DNA of 51,794 nucleotides from Actinomycetota bacterium (GTDB lineage Bacteria; Actinomycetota; CADDZG01; JAHWKV01; JAOPZY01): NCBI GenBank assembly GCA_050693695.1, contig JBOGWM010000282.1, positions 1 to 51,794 of the forward strand, read 5' to 3'. Shown piece by piece: positions 10,463 to 17,670 of this stretch (position 1 is its first letter; each line of letters starts with the position of its first letter). The notes under the pieces were generated by a model. It saw only the letters and a program-made list of their open reading frames with translations, ran no database searches and was not told where the DNA came from. The position numbers and the translations under genes were made by a program.

Positions 10463-10678
10463 TCATCGAGCGGCGGTTACCCGGTAGCCCTCCGCCTCGA
10501 TGGCCTTCACGATGTCCTCGATGGACACCTTCGACTCATCGAAGGTGACGGTCACATTCTTTGCTTCCAGATCCACCCGGACCTCATCGACGCCCGCCAG
10601 GGCCCACACCCCACCCTCGATGGCGGAGACGCAATGACCGCAGGTGACCTCCGGGACAAAAAGTGCTTCTTCCTTCAT
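10463..10678 (-). CDS. copZ: Heavy-metal-associated (CopZ-like) copper chaperone
   Basis: [21 protein letters not shown]... is a ferredoxin-like HMA fold with a CxxC site. The ATG at 10678 is preceded by AAGGAGGAAG. The gene lies 10 nt upstream of copA. Confidence 0.8.
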   Translation of the reverse strand: MKEEALFVPEVTCGHCVSAIEGGVWALAGVDEVRVDLEAKNVTVTFDESKVSIEDIVKAIEAEGYRVTAAR

Positions 10679-10692
10679 CTCTTCCTCCTTAT

Positions 10693-10709
10693 ATACCCCC
10701 TGGGGGTAT
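10693..10709. promoter_or_regulatory. Perfect 8-1-8 palindrome ATACCCCC-T-GGGGGTAT, a CsoR-type copper operator candidate
   Basis: Read directly from the sequence. It lies immediately upstream of the copZ SD. A minus-strand TAAGAT (-10-like, plus 10708-10713) overlaps its upstream edge. Confidence 0.6.
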
Positions 10710-10863
10710 CTTACACCCCCGGCCTGATGACCCACCTGAATTAGTTGCGCGATACGGTACTGGTAGTTCCCTTAAGCCGACCGGAATTACAATCTCGTCC
10801 GCTTTCGCTCCACGAGGACCTCGATCCCATCCATCCCGAGAAGGGACCCGCCCGGCCGCGGCG

Positions 10864-11604
10864 TCAGGAAGCGAGGAGCAGGTTGAGGAGGAACTGCCCG
10901 CCCAGCACCGTGACCATCGCGATATAGAGCAGACCGGTGGCGGACTGGGTGGAGCGGCTCCAGACGGTGGATCGGATCAGGCCCCCCAGCACGCCGGTCC
11001 CCGCGATGAGCAGCAGCCAGGTCCACCAGAAGCCCGAGGTCGAGAAGACCAGGACGCCCTCCACCGAGGCGGCGAGCAGCCGGGGACGGGTGACGAGACC
11101 TGCCGCCAGGGAGAAGGCGATCGACGTCAGGAGGATCCGGATCGCCGCCTTGAGGGGCTCGATGGGAAGGCGCGGCTGGTTCAGATACCAGTGGCCGAGC
11201 GTCATCCCGTGGGTGACCGCACCCAGGACGAAGGCTCCGAGGAGCGCGTGGATGGGTCCCGCCGCGCATCCCGCGCAGCTCCGGATCCCCGCCGCCACCA
11301 GGAGGCCGATTCCCCAGGCGCTCGCCAGGGCTCCGCTGGTCCACTCCAGAAGGGGCCTGCGCGAATAGACAGCCGCCAGAAACAGGGCGGTCAGGACCGC
11401 CAAGGTGAGTCCCATTCCCCGGATCCGGCCGGGCAGCGCAAAGGAGAAGGCGATCTCGGTCGGGACCAGGACCCAGGTAGCGGCCCGATAGTGGCCGCGA
11501 TCGACCACCCGCCAGACGAGCAAGGTCGTCCACATGAGGACGAAGGTCCCCACGGCCAGCTCGAAGCCCACCAGCGCGAATGCGCCTCCCGGCCCCCGCA
11601 TCAT
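10864..11604 (-). CDS. Polytopic integral membrane protein, unknown function
   Basis: 246 aa with at least 6 hydrophobic segments. An intramembrane CAGC motif occurs in AAGIRSCAGCAAGP, and an HWYLNQPRLP loop is present. No family was recognised. Confidence 0.6.
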   Translation of the reverse strand: MMRGPGGAFALVGFELAVGTFVLMWTTLLVWRVVDRGHYRAATWVLVPTEIAFSFALPGRIRGMGLTLAVLTALFLAAVYSRRPLLEWTSGALASAWGIGLLVAAGIRSCAGCAAGPIHALLGAFVLGAVTHGMTLGHWYLNQPRLPIEPLKAAIRILLTSIAFSLAAGLVTRPRLLAASVEGVLVFSTSGFWWTWLLLIAGTGVLGGLIRSTVWSRSTQSATGLLYIAMVTVLGGQFLLNLLLAS

Positions 11605-11608
11605 CCGC

Positions 11609-11980
11609 CTACGCGGGCTCTTTCGGGAGCATCCAGTTCTTCAGCCAGGCCGGGACGAACATGGTGGCCCCGGACAGGCCCTTGCGAATCAGGGTGAGAA
11701 TCTCGGGCGATCCGTCCCAATGCTCGGCGACCACGTCCTCGGGAAGCCTGTTCAGTAGCAGATCCAGGGCCTGCGCCAGGAGCATCAGGTCGTCCACCTG
11801 ACCGAGGCCGGGGATCCAGTCCGGGATGAAGTCAAAGGGAAGGACCACGTAGGCGCTCACTCCGGCCAGTATCAGTTTGTGGCGGCTCGGGACCCGAGGG
11901 TCCCTGAGCAGCCCGAGCACCAGCTTACCGGCGCTGGCGAGGAGGCCGCGTACTCGATCCAGTTGCTCCTTGCCCTCCAT
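11609..11980 (-). CDS. DUF1232 (YkvA-like) membrane protein
   Basis: LILAGVSAYVVLPFDFIPDWIPGLGQVDDLMLL matches the DUF1232 signature (PxDxIPDxIPxxGxxDD). Confidence 0.75.
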   Translation of the reverse strand: MEGKEQLDRVRGLLASAGKLVLGLLRDPRVPSRHKLILAGVSAYVVLPFDFIPDWIPGLGQVDDLMLLAQALDLLLNRLPEDVVAEHWDGSPEILTLIRKGLSGATMFVPAWLKNWMLPKEPA

Positions 11981-12019
11981 GATCTCTTCCTTTCCGTCCC
12001 GCGGAACAACACCCTCGAC

Positions 12020-12961
12020 TCAATCGATCCCGGCAGCGATGCGCACCAGGGCCGAAGCCCCGATCACACCCGCGTCATTTCCCAGCCCAGCGGTGACGAT
12101 CTTGGGCGGCGGACGCCGGGGCCCCACCCGCTTGTCCAGCTCCATCCTGACCGCCTGCAGGAAGGGATAGCCAGCCTCCGCACCACTCCCTCCGACCACG
12201 ATGATCTCGGGGTCGAAGGCGTTCACCAGATTGGCGAGGGCCATCCCCAACCAGCGCCCGGCCCGCTCCAGGACCTCAACGGCGAACTCGTCCCCGGCGC
12301 GCGCCGCTTCGGACACCAGAGCGCCCGTGATCCGGGAGGGAACCTCTCCCGACAGCTCCGGAAGGATGGAGTCCGGTGCGCCGCCCACCCCCTCGCGCGC
12401 CATCCTGGCGATGGCGGTCCCCGAGGCGAGAGCCTCGAGGCATCCTCGCTCCCCACAGGTGCACTGGGGCCCCCCGTCCATGAGCGTCATGTGGCCGAAC
12501 TCGGCCGCGAAGCCCCGCGCACCTCGATACAGCTCGCCCTCGATCACCATCCCTCCTCCGACGCCGGTACCCACGGTGACCATGAGCATGTGATCCGCTC
12601 CCCGGGCCGCCCCGAATCGATACTCGGCCCAGGCGGCGGCGTTGGCGTCGTTCTCCACATTCACGGGCAGGCCGAACCGGGCGGCGACGACCTCGGCGAT
12701 CTCCGGCCGCTCATAGGCGACATTGGGGGAGAAAGTCATCCGCCCGGAGGGGTGCTCGACGAACCCCGCGGCGCCGATGCCGATCCCCGCCACCTCTTGC
12801 CCGCCCTGCCCGAGCAGGTCCTCGAGCGCGGCGACTATCGAGCCGACCCCGGCTTCCGGGTCGGTTCCCCGTACCGCCCGGGCGGCAATCTCACCGCGCG
12901 AGTTCACGACCGCCGCCAGGACTTTCGTCCCTCCGATGTCCACCCCCACGGTCAGTGTCAC
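12020..12961 (-). CDS. ROK family glucokinase
   Basis: VGVDIGGTK at the N-terminus, the ROK zinc motif CTCGERGCLEALASG and the GGG..GAG glycine loops. The start is placed at GTG 12961 (MTLTVGVDIGGTK); the track ORF extends to TTG 12988. Confidence 0.85.
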   Translation of the reverse strand: MTLTVGVDIGGTKVLAAVVNSRGEIAARAVRGTDPEAGVGSIVAALEDLLGQGGQEVAGIGIGAAGFVEHPSGRMTFSPNVAYERPEIAEVVAARFGLPVNVENDANAAAWAEYRFGAARGADHMLMVTVGTGVGGGMVIEGELYRGARGFAAEFGHMTLMDGGPQCTCGERGCLEALASGTAIARMAREGVGGAPDSILPELSGEVPSRITGALVSEAARAGDEFAVEVLERAGRWLGMALANLVNAFDPEIIVVGGSGAEAGYPFLQAVRMELDKRVGPRRPPPKIVTAGLGNDAGVIGASALVRIAAGID

Positions 12962-13047
12962 GCTCTCGCCCTCTCGACCAAGTACCAAGGCTTCAAGCTA
13001 AGTCGCGCTCCAGCGGGGAGTATACGAGGGCGCCGCGGCGATCGGAG

Positions 13048-13500
13048 CTAGCGAGCGGAACTGTCGGAGGAAAAGCGGCGGGTCGGATCGATAACTTCGT
13101 CCCGCTCCATCAGGCGCGCCACCATAGCGGCCCGCGAGCAGACATTCAGCTTTCCGAAGACACGTCGAAGGTGGGTGCAGACGGTCCAGGAACTGATGTC
13201 GAGAACTCCTGCGATAGCCTTGTTCGTGTACCCCTTGGCCACCATGCGGGCGATTTCCTGCTCCCGGGGGCTCAGGATGTCCCGGACCCGCAGCGCGTTC
13301 GGTGAGGATCGGACGAGGAGGCATCGCACGTCATCCACCTCCAGATCCAGGATGACCCCCGGTTCGGCCTCGTCCAGCTTGGGCGCAGCGGCCGACCCCC
13401 CGTCCCCGGTGACCTGATGGACAAGCTCCTGAACGAGGGACCGCACCCCCGAGTACGCGGCGTCGGGTGCTCGTGACGGCAACGGCTTGTTCTCGATCAA
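13048..13500 (-). CDS. LuxR/GerE-family HTH transcriptional regulator (no receiver domain)
   Basis: C-terminal LSPREQEIARMVAKGYTNKAIAGVLDISSWTVCTHLRRVFGKLNV. The ~85-aa N-terminal region is unassigned. It is divergent from the 13980-22244 operon. Confidence 0.8.
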   Translation of the reverse strand: MIENKPLPSRAPDAAYSGVRSLVQELVHQVTGDGGSAAAPKLDEAEPGVILDLEVDDVRCLLVRSSPNALRVRDILSPREQEIARMVAKGYTNKAIAGVLDISSWTVCTHLRRVFGKLNVCSRAAMVARLMERDEVIDPTRRFSSDSSAR

Positions 13501-13979
13501 CCGGTCGCCCCCTTACTCGCATGATCCAGCGTCGAGGCAGAACTCAGGCGCCACTCACTCGGGCGGTCCTTACGGAGAGACCCGTTCCAGCCCTCGTGGC
13601 TCCTTCCAGCCGAGCCGCCATGAAATTTCAAAGAACACGTTTTTGATCCCGGTACTCATGGAAGTCATTTCCAGATACGCCACCTTACCAATTTACTTTC
13701 TCCGACCCAGCCCGTAAAGGCATGTCTTGATGGGAGGCGTGCTCGGATAGAGCTCCCTCACCGGGGAGCGCCTCCCCGCAACATGACCGGCCATCTTCGA
13801 GTCGTCCCGCAGACAACCCATCTCCTTATAGCGCGTTTGCACCTCTCCCGCCTGTTACTAAAGTAAGTTTCACATAGTTTAGGTAGCTCAAGAGTGTTAC
13901 CAATAAAAAGCGAATAGTAGAAAGCATGTCGCCAGTCTAGATTTTCACTGCCGTTCCTTTCCGAAAGGAGGTACACACC
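13501..13979. promoter_or_regulatory. Unusually long, AT-rich divergent intergenic region (control region for the LuxR gene and the orphan operon)
   Basis: 479 nt without a credible ORF. It is visibly AT-richer than its flanks (e.g. gttactaaagtaagtttcacatagtttaggtagctcaagagtgttaccaataaaaagcgaatagtagaaagc). A hairpin CGGGGAG-cgc-CTCCCCG sits at 13762-13778, and AAGGAGG lies just before the ATG at 13980. Confidence 0.5.
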
Positions 13980-14861
13980 ATGGCCGTCAGAGCGGATACG
14001 GAGTGGGAGTGGGAGCTGGAAGAGGAGCTGGAAGGTGAGATGGAAGGCGAGGAGTTCCTTGGCACGATCGCCCGAGGGGCGGGGAGCCTCCTCGGAGGAC
14101 TGGGTGAGGGCGAGTTCGAAGAGGAGCTCGAGGGCGAATGGGAGGGGGAGCTGGAAGGCGAGCTCGAGGGCGAGGAGTTCTTCAGACGTATCGCCCGCGG
14201 GATCAGAGGTTTCGTCCGCCGAGCAGCCCCGGTCCTCCGTCGAGTCGCCCGGGTCGCCGCTCCGATCGTGGGGACGGCGGTGGGAGGTCCCCTGGGAGGC
14301 ATGATCGGGCGAGCCGCCGCCTCCGCCCTCGGCGAGGCCGAGCTTGAATACGAGTACGAAGGGGAGCTGGAAGGGGAGCTGGAAGGAGAAGAGGAGTTCG
14401 AGGAGGAGGCTGCGGCTCCTGTCACCTACCAGCAGGCGCAGGCGGAGCTCATGGCGGCGGTGGCTTCCCGGGCCCAGACCGAGGCCGAGGCCGAGGCTAT
14501 GGCGGGAGCGGCCGCGGTGGCTTCGATCTCTCCGGCGGACCGCGCGGCGCTTCGCGACGTCCTCCCGCACCTGGTTCGCGGCACCGCCGTCCTGACCCGG
14601 ATCCTCCGGAGCCGGCCGGCCACCCGCCCCGCGGTGCGGACCGTTCCCAGCATCGTCGCCAGCACCGCCCGCACCCTCACCCGCCGAGCCGCAACCGGCC
14701 AACCCGTCACCCGGCAGGCCGCGGGGAGGGTCATGGCCGCCCAGACCCGGCGGGTGCTCGGGCGTCCGCATGCATGCGCCCGAGCCCTTCAGCGCAACGT
14801 CCGGGCCACCCGGGCTGCGGCCTCCACAGGCCGGCCCCGCGCCGTGCGGCCCCGGCCTTGA
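13980..14861 (+). CDS. Orphan modular protein A (293 aa): three anionic E-x repeat blocks, a cationic amphipathic/glycine-zipper segment and a basic Arg/Thr/Pro-rich tail
   Basis: ATG with an AAGGAGG SD. Anionic blocks: TEWEWELEEELEGEMEGEEF, GEFEEELEGEWEGELEGELEGEEFF and ELEYEYEGELEGELEGEEEFEEE. Cationic segment: RRIARGIRGFVRRAAPVLRRVARVAAPIVGTAVGGPLGGMIG. The tail ...RPATRPAVRTVPSIVASTARTLTRRAATGQPVTRQAAGRVMAAQTRRVLG is paralogous to that of the next gene. Confidence 0.8.
   Translation: MAVRADTEWEWELEEELEGEMEGEEFLGTIARGAGSLLGGLGEGEFEEELEGEWEGELEGELEGEEFFRRIARGIRGFVRRAAPVLRRVARVAAPIVGTAVGGPLGGMIGRAAASALGEAELEYEYEGELEGELEGEEEFEEEAAAPVTYQQAQAELMAAVASRAQTEAEAEAMAGAAAVASISPADRAALRDVLPHLVRGTAVLTRILRSRPATRPAVRTVPSIVASTARTLTRRAATGQPVTRQAAGRVMAAQTRRVLGRPHACARALQRNVRATRAAASTGRPRAVRPRP
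14361..14384 (+). repeat. Perfect 12-nt tandem duplication (ggggagctggaa x2) inside the third acidic block
   Basis: Read directly from the sequence. It encodes GELEGELE. Similar imperfect GAG/CTG/GAA units occur at 14000-14060 and 14110-14185. Confidence 0.9.
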
Positions 14862-14923
14862 TGAGGCCATCCGGGCGAGGCGGCGGCCAGGCAGCGAGTG
14901 AGCTCTGAAAGGAAGGGACGACC

Positions 14924-15703
14924 ATGGGTATGTCCGCATACGAGCTTGAGGCCCTGCCCGAGCTCGAGGAGGAATACGAGCGGGAGGAAGAGCTGGAAGG
15001 CGAGTGGGAGAGCGAGGAGTTCTTCCGAGCCCTCGCGGGAGTGGCCCGCCGCGCAGCCCCCGCCTTGAGGGGAGTCGGACTGCGCGCGGCCAGGAGCGCT
15101 CTGGGTGGGCTCGGCGGCGTCGGCGGAGCGATCGGAGGGTACTTCGGGCCGAGCGGCGCCGCCCTGGGACGTGACCTGGGACAGACGCTCGGCCGTCATG
15201 CTCGGGGCTGGCTTCCGCAATCCGAGATCGAGGGCGAGTGGGAATGGGAGCTGGAGGCGGAGGTGAACCCCCTGCGGCAGGTCTACCCGGATGCGCTGAT
15301 GGAGCATCTGGGGCATGCCGCAGCCCAGACGGAGAGCGAAGAGGAGGCCGAGGCCTTTCTCGGAGCGCTGGTCCCCCTGGCGGCCCGGCTCATCCCACGG
15401 GTAGCGCCGGCCATCATGAGAGCCGCTCCGGGCCTGATCCGGGGCGTGGCGGGAGTGGCTCGCACCCTGAGAGCAAACCCGACGACCCGGCCCCTCGTCA
15501 GGACGCTCCCCACCATCGTTCACCGGACCGCCGGTTCGATCGCCCGCCAGGCCGCCGCCGGCCGGCCGGTCACCCCGCAGGGAGCGGTTCGGACCCTGGC
15601 CAGGCAGACCGCGGGTGTCCTGGGCAGTCCTCAGCGGTGCGTTCAGGCCTACCGGCGCTCCCGCGCCCTGGACCGGCGGTTCCATCACACCGCCTCCCAA
15701 TGA
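14924..15703 (+). CDS. Orphan modular protein B (259 aa), paralogue of protein A
   Basis: SD GAAAGGAAGGG. Anionic blocks YELEALPELEEEYEREEELEGEWESEEFF and EIEGEWEWELEAE flank RALAGVARRAAPALRGVGLRAARSALGGLGGVGGAIGGYFG. The tail ...NPTTRPLVRTLPTIVHRTAGSIARQAAAGRPVTPQGAVRTLARQTAGVLGSP aligns by eye with protein A. Confidence 0.8.
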   Translation: MGMSAYELEALPELEEEYEREEELEGEWESEEFFRALAGVARRAAPALRGVGLRAARSALGGLGGVGGAIGGYFGPSGAALGRDLGQTLGRHARGWLPQSEIEGEWEWELEAEVNPLRQVYPDALMEHLGHAAAQTESEEEAEAFLGALVPLAARLIPRVAPAIMRAAPGLIRGVAGVARTLRANPTTRPLVRTLPTIVHRTAGSIARQAAAGRPVTPQGAVRTLARQTAGVLGSPQRCVQAYRRSRALDRRFHHTASQ

Positions 15704-15763
15704 GGATGAGATCGATCCGGAGCGAGAACCTTCGAGGCCCCCAGCCCAAGCGAGGATGATTCG

Positions 15764-17107
15764 ATGCAATCATTGGCGGAGATTCTGGAGCCGGCAAGGG
15801 CCGGGGGTCGTACCCGGGACCGGGAGGTGGGCGCTTCCACCGCTCCCCGCAAGCCCGGGGTCCTGCAGCCATGGTTGAGAGCGCAATCGCTGAATGTCAC
15901 TCGCCATGCGGCAGCCCTGCGTCCCTTCCGTAGGGATGAGTTCGGGCGGGACGCGGCGGCGCCCACGGAGGGCCATCTCCAGGCGGTCAACGAGCTCGTC
16001 GGTTCCCTGCGGGGGGACCTTCTCGGGCTCACCGGGAAGGTCTCGCAGGCTGTGGAGGCGGCCACTCGGAACCCGACCTCCCCCCACCTCCAACGAGTGG
16101 TACGGGAAAAGGAGCGAGCCCACCGATGGGTCCTGGCGATCGAGCGCATCTGGGACTTCTACTTCGAGCTGTTCGGCCAGCGCCAATCCCGCTTCGCCGA
16201 CTGGCTGCTCTCCTGCGACCGGATCGCCCTCGACTGCTATCAGGTCGCGTACCGGGGAATCGGCACGGCCAAGAGCATTCCCGCCCCGCCGCCCTTCTCC
16301 TACATGCGCACCGGGTTCTCTCCGGCCACCTTCCGGCGGGGCATCCCGCTCCGCCGCCTGGGGCGTCAGCTCAATCCCTTCCCGCTCATCCAGCTCCCCT
16401 ATCACCGCCTGGTCAACCCCTGGACGCTCGGCGCGGTCCTACACGAGGTCTCGCACAACCTCCAGAACGACTTGGGACTGGCCCGAGAGATGCCCCGGGC
16501 CATCGGCGAGCGGCTGTCGCGGGAGGGATGTGGTCCGCTCGTCGCCTCCACGTGGAAGCGCTGGAACCGGGAGCTGTTCGCGGACCTGATGGGGTTGCTG
16601 CTGGGAGGCCCCGCCGTCGTCGGCTCGCTGATGGACGTGGTCGGCCGCTCTCCCTCCACGGTGCTCGCCTATTCCCCCTCCGCCCCCCATCCCACCCCGT
16701 ACCTGCGCAGCTTCATCAGCATCGAGGCCCTGGCGCGGATGGGCTTCGGGGAGCATGCCCGGCAATACCGCCAGCTCTGGGAGCGCATATATCCCGACCC
16801 CCGCGCCGGAAACATCCCCGAGACGCTGCTGGACACCTTCCCGATGGCCAATGAGCTGGTCGTCGATACGGTCTGCTACCGGCGCTACGCCACCCTCGGC
16901 AACAGGAGCCTCTCCGAGGTCATCCAGTTCGGTCCCAAGGATCAGCAGATGATCGAGGAGGCCGCCCGCCGCCTCGCCGCCCGCACCGATCCGGGCGTGG
17001 TCCCGGAGCGGTTCCTGATCGGGGCGGCCCGGTTCGCGCTCGACCGCCGCCTGGCGCGCCCGGGGGTCATCACCGAGCACTTCTACCGAGAGCTGGCGAG
17101 GAGGTAG
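15764..17107 (+). CDS. Putative zinc metallopeptidase (gluzincin-like HExxH...ExxxD), otherwise orphan
   Basis: HEVSH at residues 227-231 (nt 16442-16456) and ELFAD at residues 270-274 (nt 16571-16585). There is no signal peptide or TM segment. The SD is GAGGATGA. Confidence 0.65.
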   Translation: MQSLAEILEPARAGGRTRDREVGASTAPRKPGVLQPWLRAQSLNVTRHAAALRPFRRDEFGRDAAAPTEGHLQAVNELVGSLRGDLLGLTGKVSQAVEAATRNPTSPHLQRVVREKERAHRWVLAIERIWDFYFELFGQRQSRFADWLLSCDRIALDCYQVAYRGIGTAKSIPAPPPFSYMRTGFSPATFRRGIPLRRLGRQLNPFPLIQLPYHRLVNPWTLGAVLHEVSHNLQNDLGLAREMPRAIGERLSREGCGPLVASTWKRWNRELFADLMGLLLGGPAVVGSLMDVVGRSPSTVLAYSPSAPHPTPYLRSFISIEALARMGFGEHARQYRQLWERIYPDPRAGNIPETLLDTFPMANELVVDTVCYRRYATLGNRSLSEVIQFGPKDQQMIEEAARRLAARTDPGVVPERFLIGAARFALDRRLARPGVITEHFYRELARR

Positions 17108-17110
17108 GAC

Positions 17111-17656
17111 GTGGCGCTCGAGGCCGCCTTCAGCGATCTTCCGGAGCGGGTGCGGGCGCTCTCCGCGAGCTTCGACAACCTTCTCTGGGCGGTCGCGGAG
17201 GGCAAACCGGCGGATGGGAGTCACGCGGTTGCCGACCACTACGCCGATGTCAGCACCGAGCTGGTGGGGACGGCGCAGGAGGTCGCCCAGCAGGCAGCCC
17301 GAGCCCGGGCGATGGTAACCGGTGACCACCCGGACCTGGCCCTGGCCGGGCGAGCGCTCGCCTCATGCCAGGAACGGTTCAACCATCTCGGCGAACACCT
17401 CCTCACCGCTCTTGCCTCCTTCGACCGCATGAGCGCCCTGGCGAGCCTGGGACAGGAGCGCAAGGGGGAGTGGCAAGCTTGGGCACACAACGTGATCGAG
17501 GAAGTCGAGCGATGCCGTGACCCGCTGCACGAGGTGAGCCGAGCCCTTCTGGCGTGCTGGGAGGAGATCGCGGAACGGGTGGGCACCACCACCGTATCCG
17601 TGCGGGCCACGGGCATCGGGCAGCAGTTGATAAGGGAATCCGGCCGGAGCGATTAG
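17111..17656 (+). CDS. Orphan 181-aa helical protein
   Basis: GTG start 3 nt after the previous stop, with a GAGGAGG SD. The composition is all-helical (Ala/Glu/Leu/Arg-rich). No domain was recognised. Confidence 0.6.
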   Translation: MALEAAFSDLPERVRALSASFDNLLWAVAEGKPADGSHAVADHYADVSTELVGTAQEVAQQAARARAMVTGDHPDLALAGRALASCQERFNHLGEHLLTALASFDRMSALASLGQERKGEWQAWAHNVIEEVERCRDPLHEVSRALLACWEEIAERVGTTTVSVRATGIGQQLIRESGRSD

Positions 17657-17670
17657 GGAGGAGACAGACC

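Noticed and set aside
10864-11604. Idea that the polytopic membrane protein and the DUF1232 protein belong to the copper operon
   Set aside because: The CsoR-type operator and the copZ promoter lie downstream of them, so copZA has its own control region. Only adjacency and a CAGC motif support a copper link, which is insufficient.
13758-14939. 393-aa minus-strand ORF, plus the 162-aa Ser/Pro-rich ORF at 13937-14425, antisense to modular protein A
   Set aside because: These are mirror images of the GAG/GAA/CTG-rich acidic repeats, because CTC/TTC/CAG read as Leu/Ser/Pro/Phe runs. They have no SD and would start inside the AT-rich spacer. The plus-strand genes have strong SDs and paralogue support.
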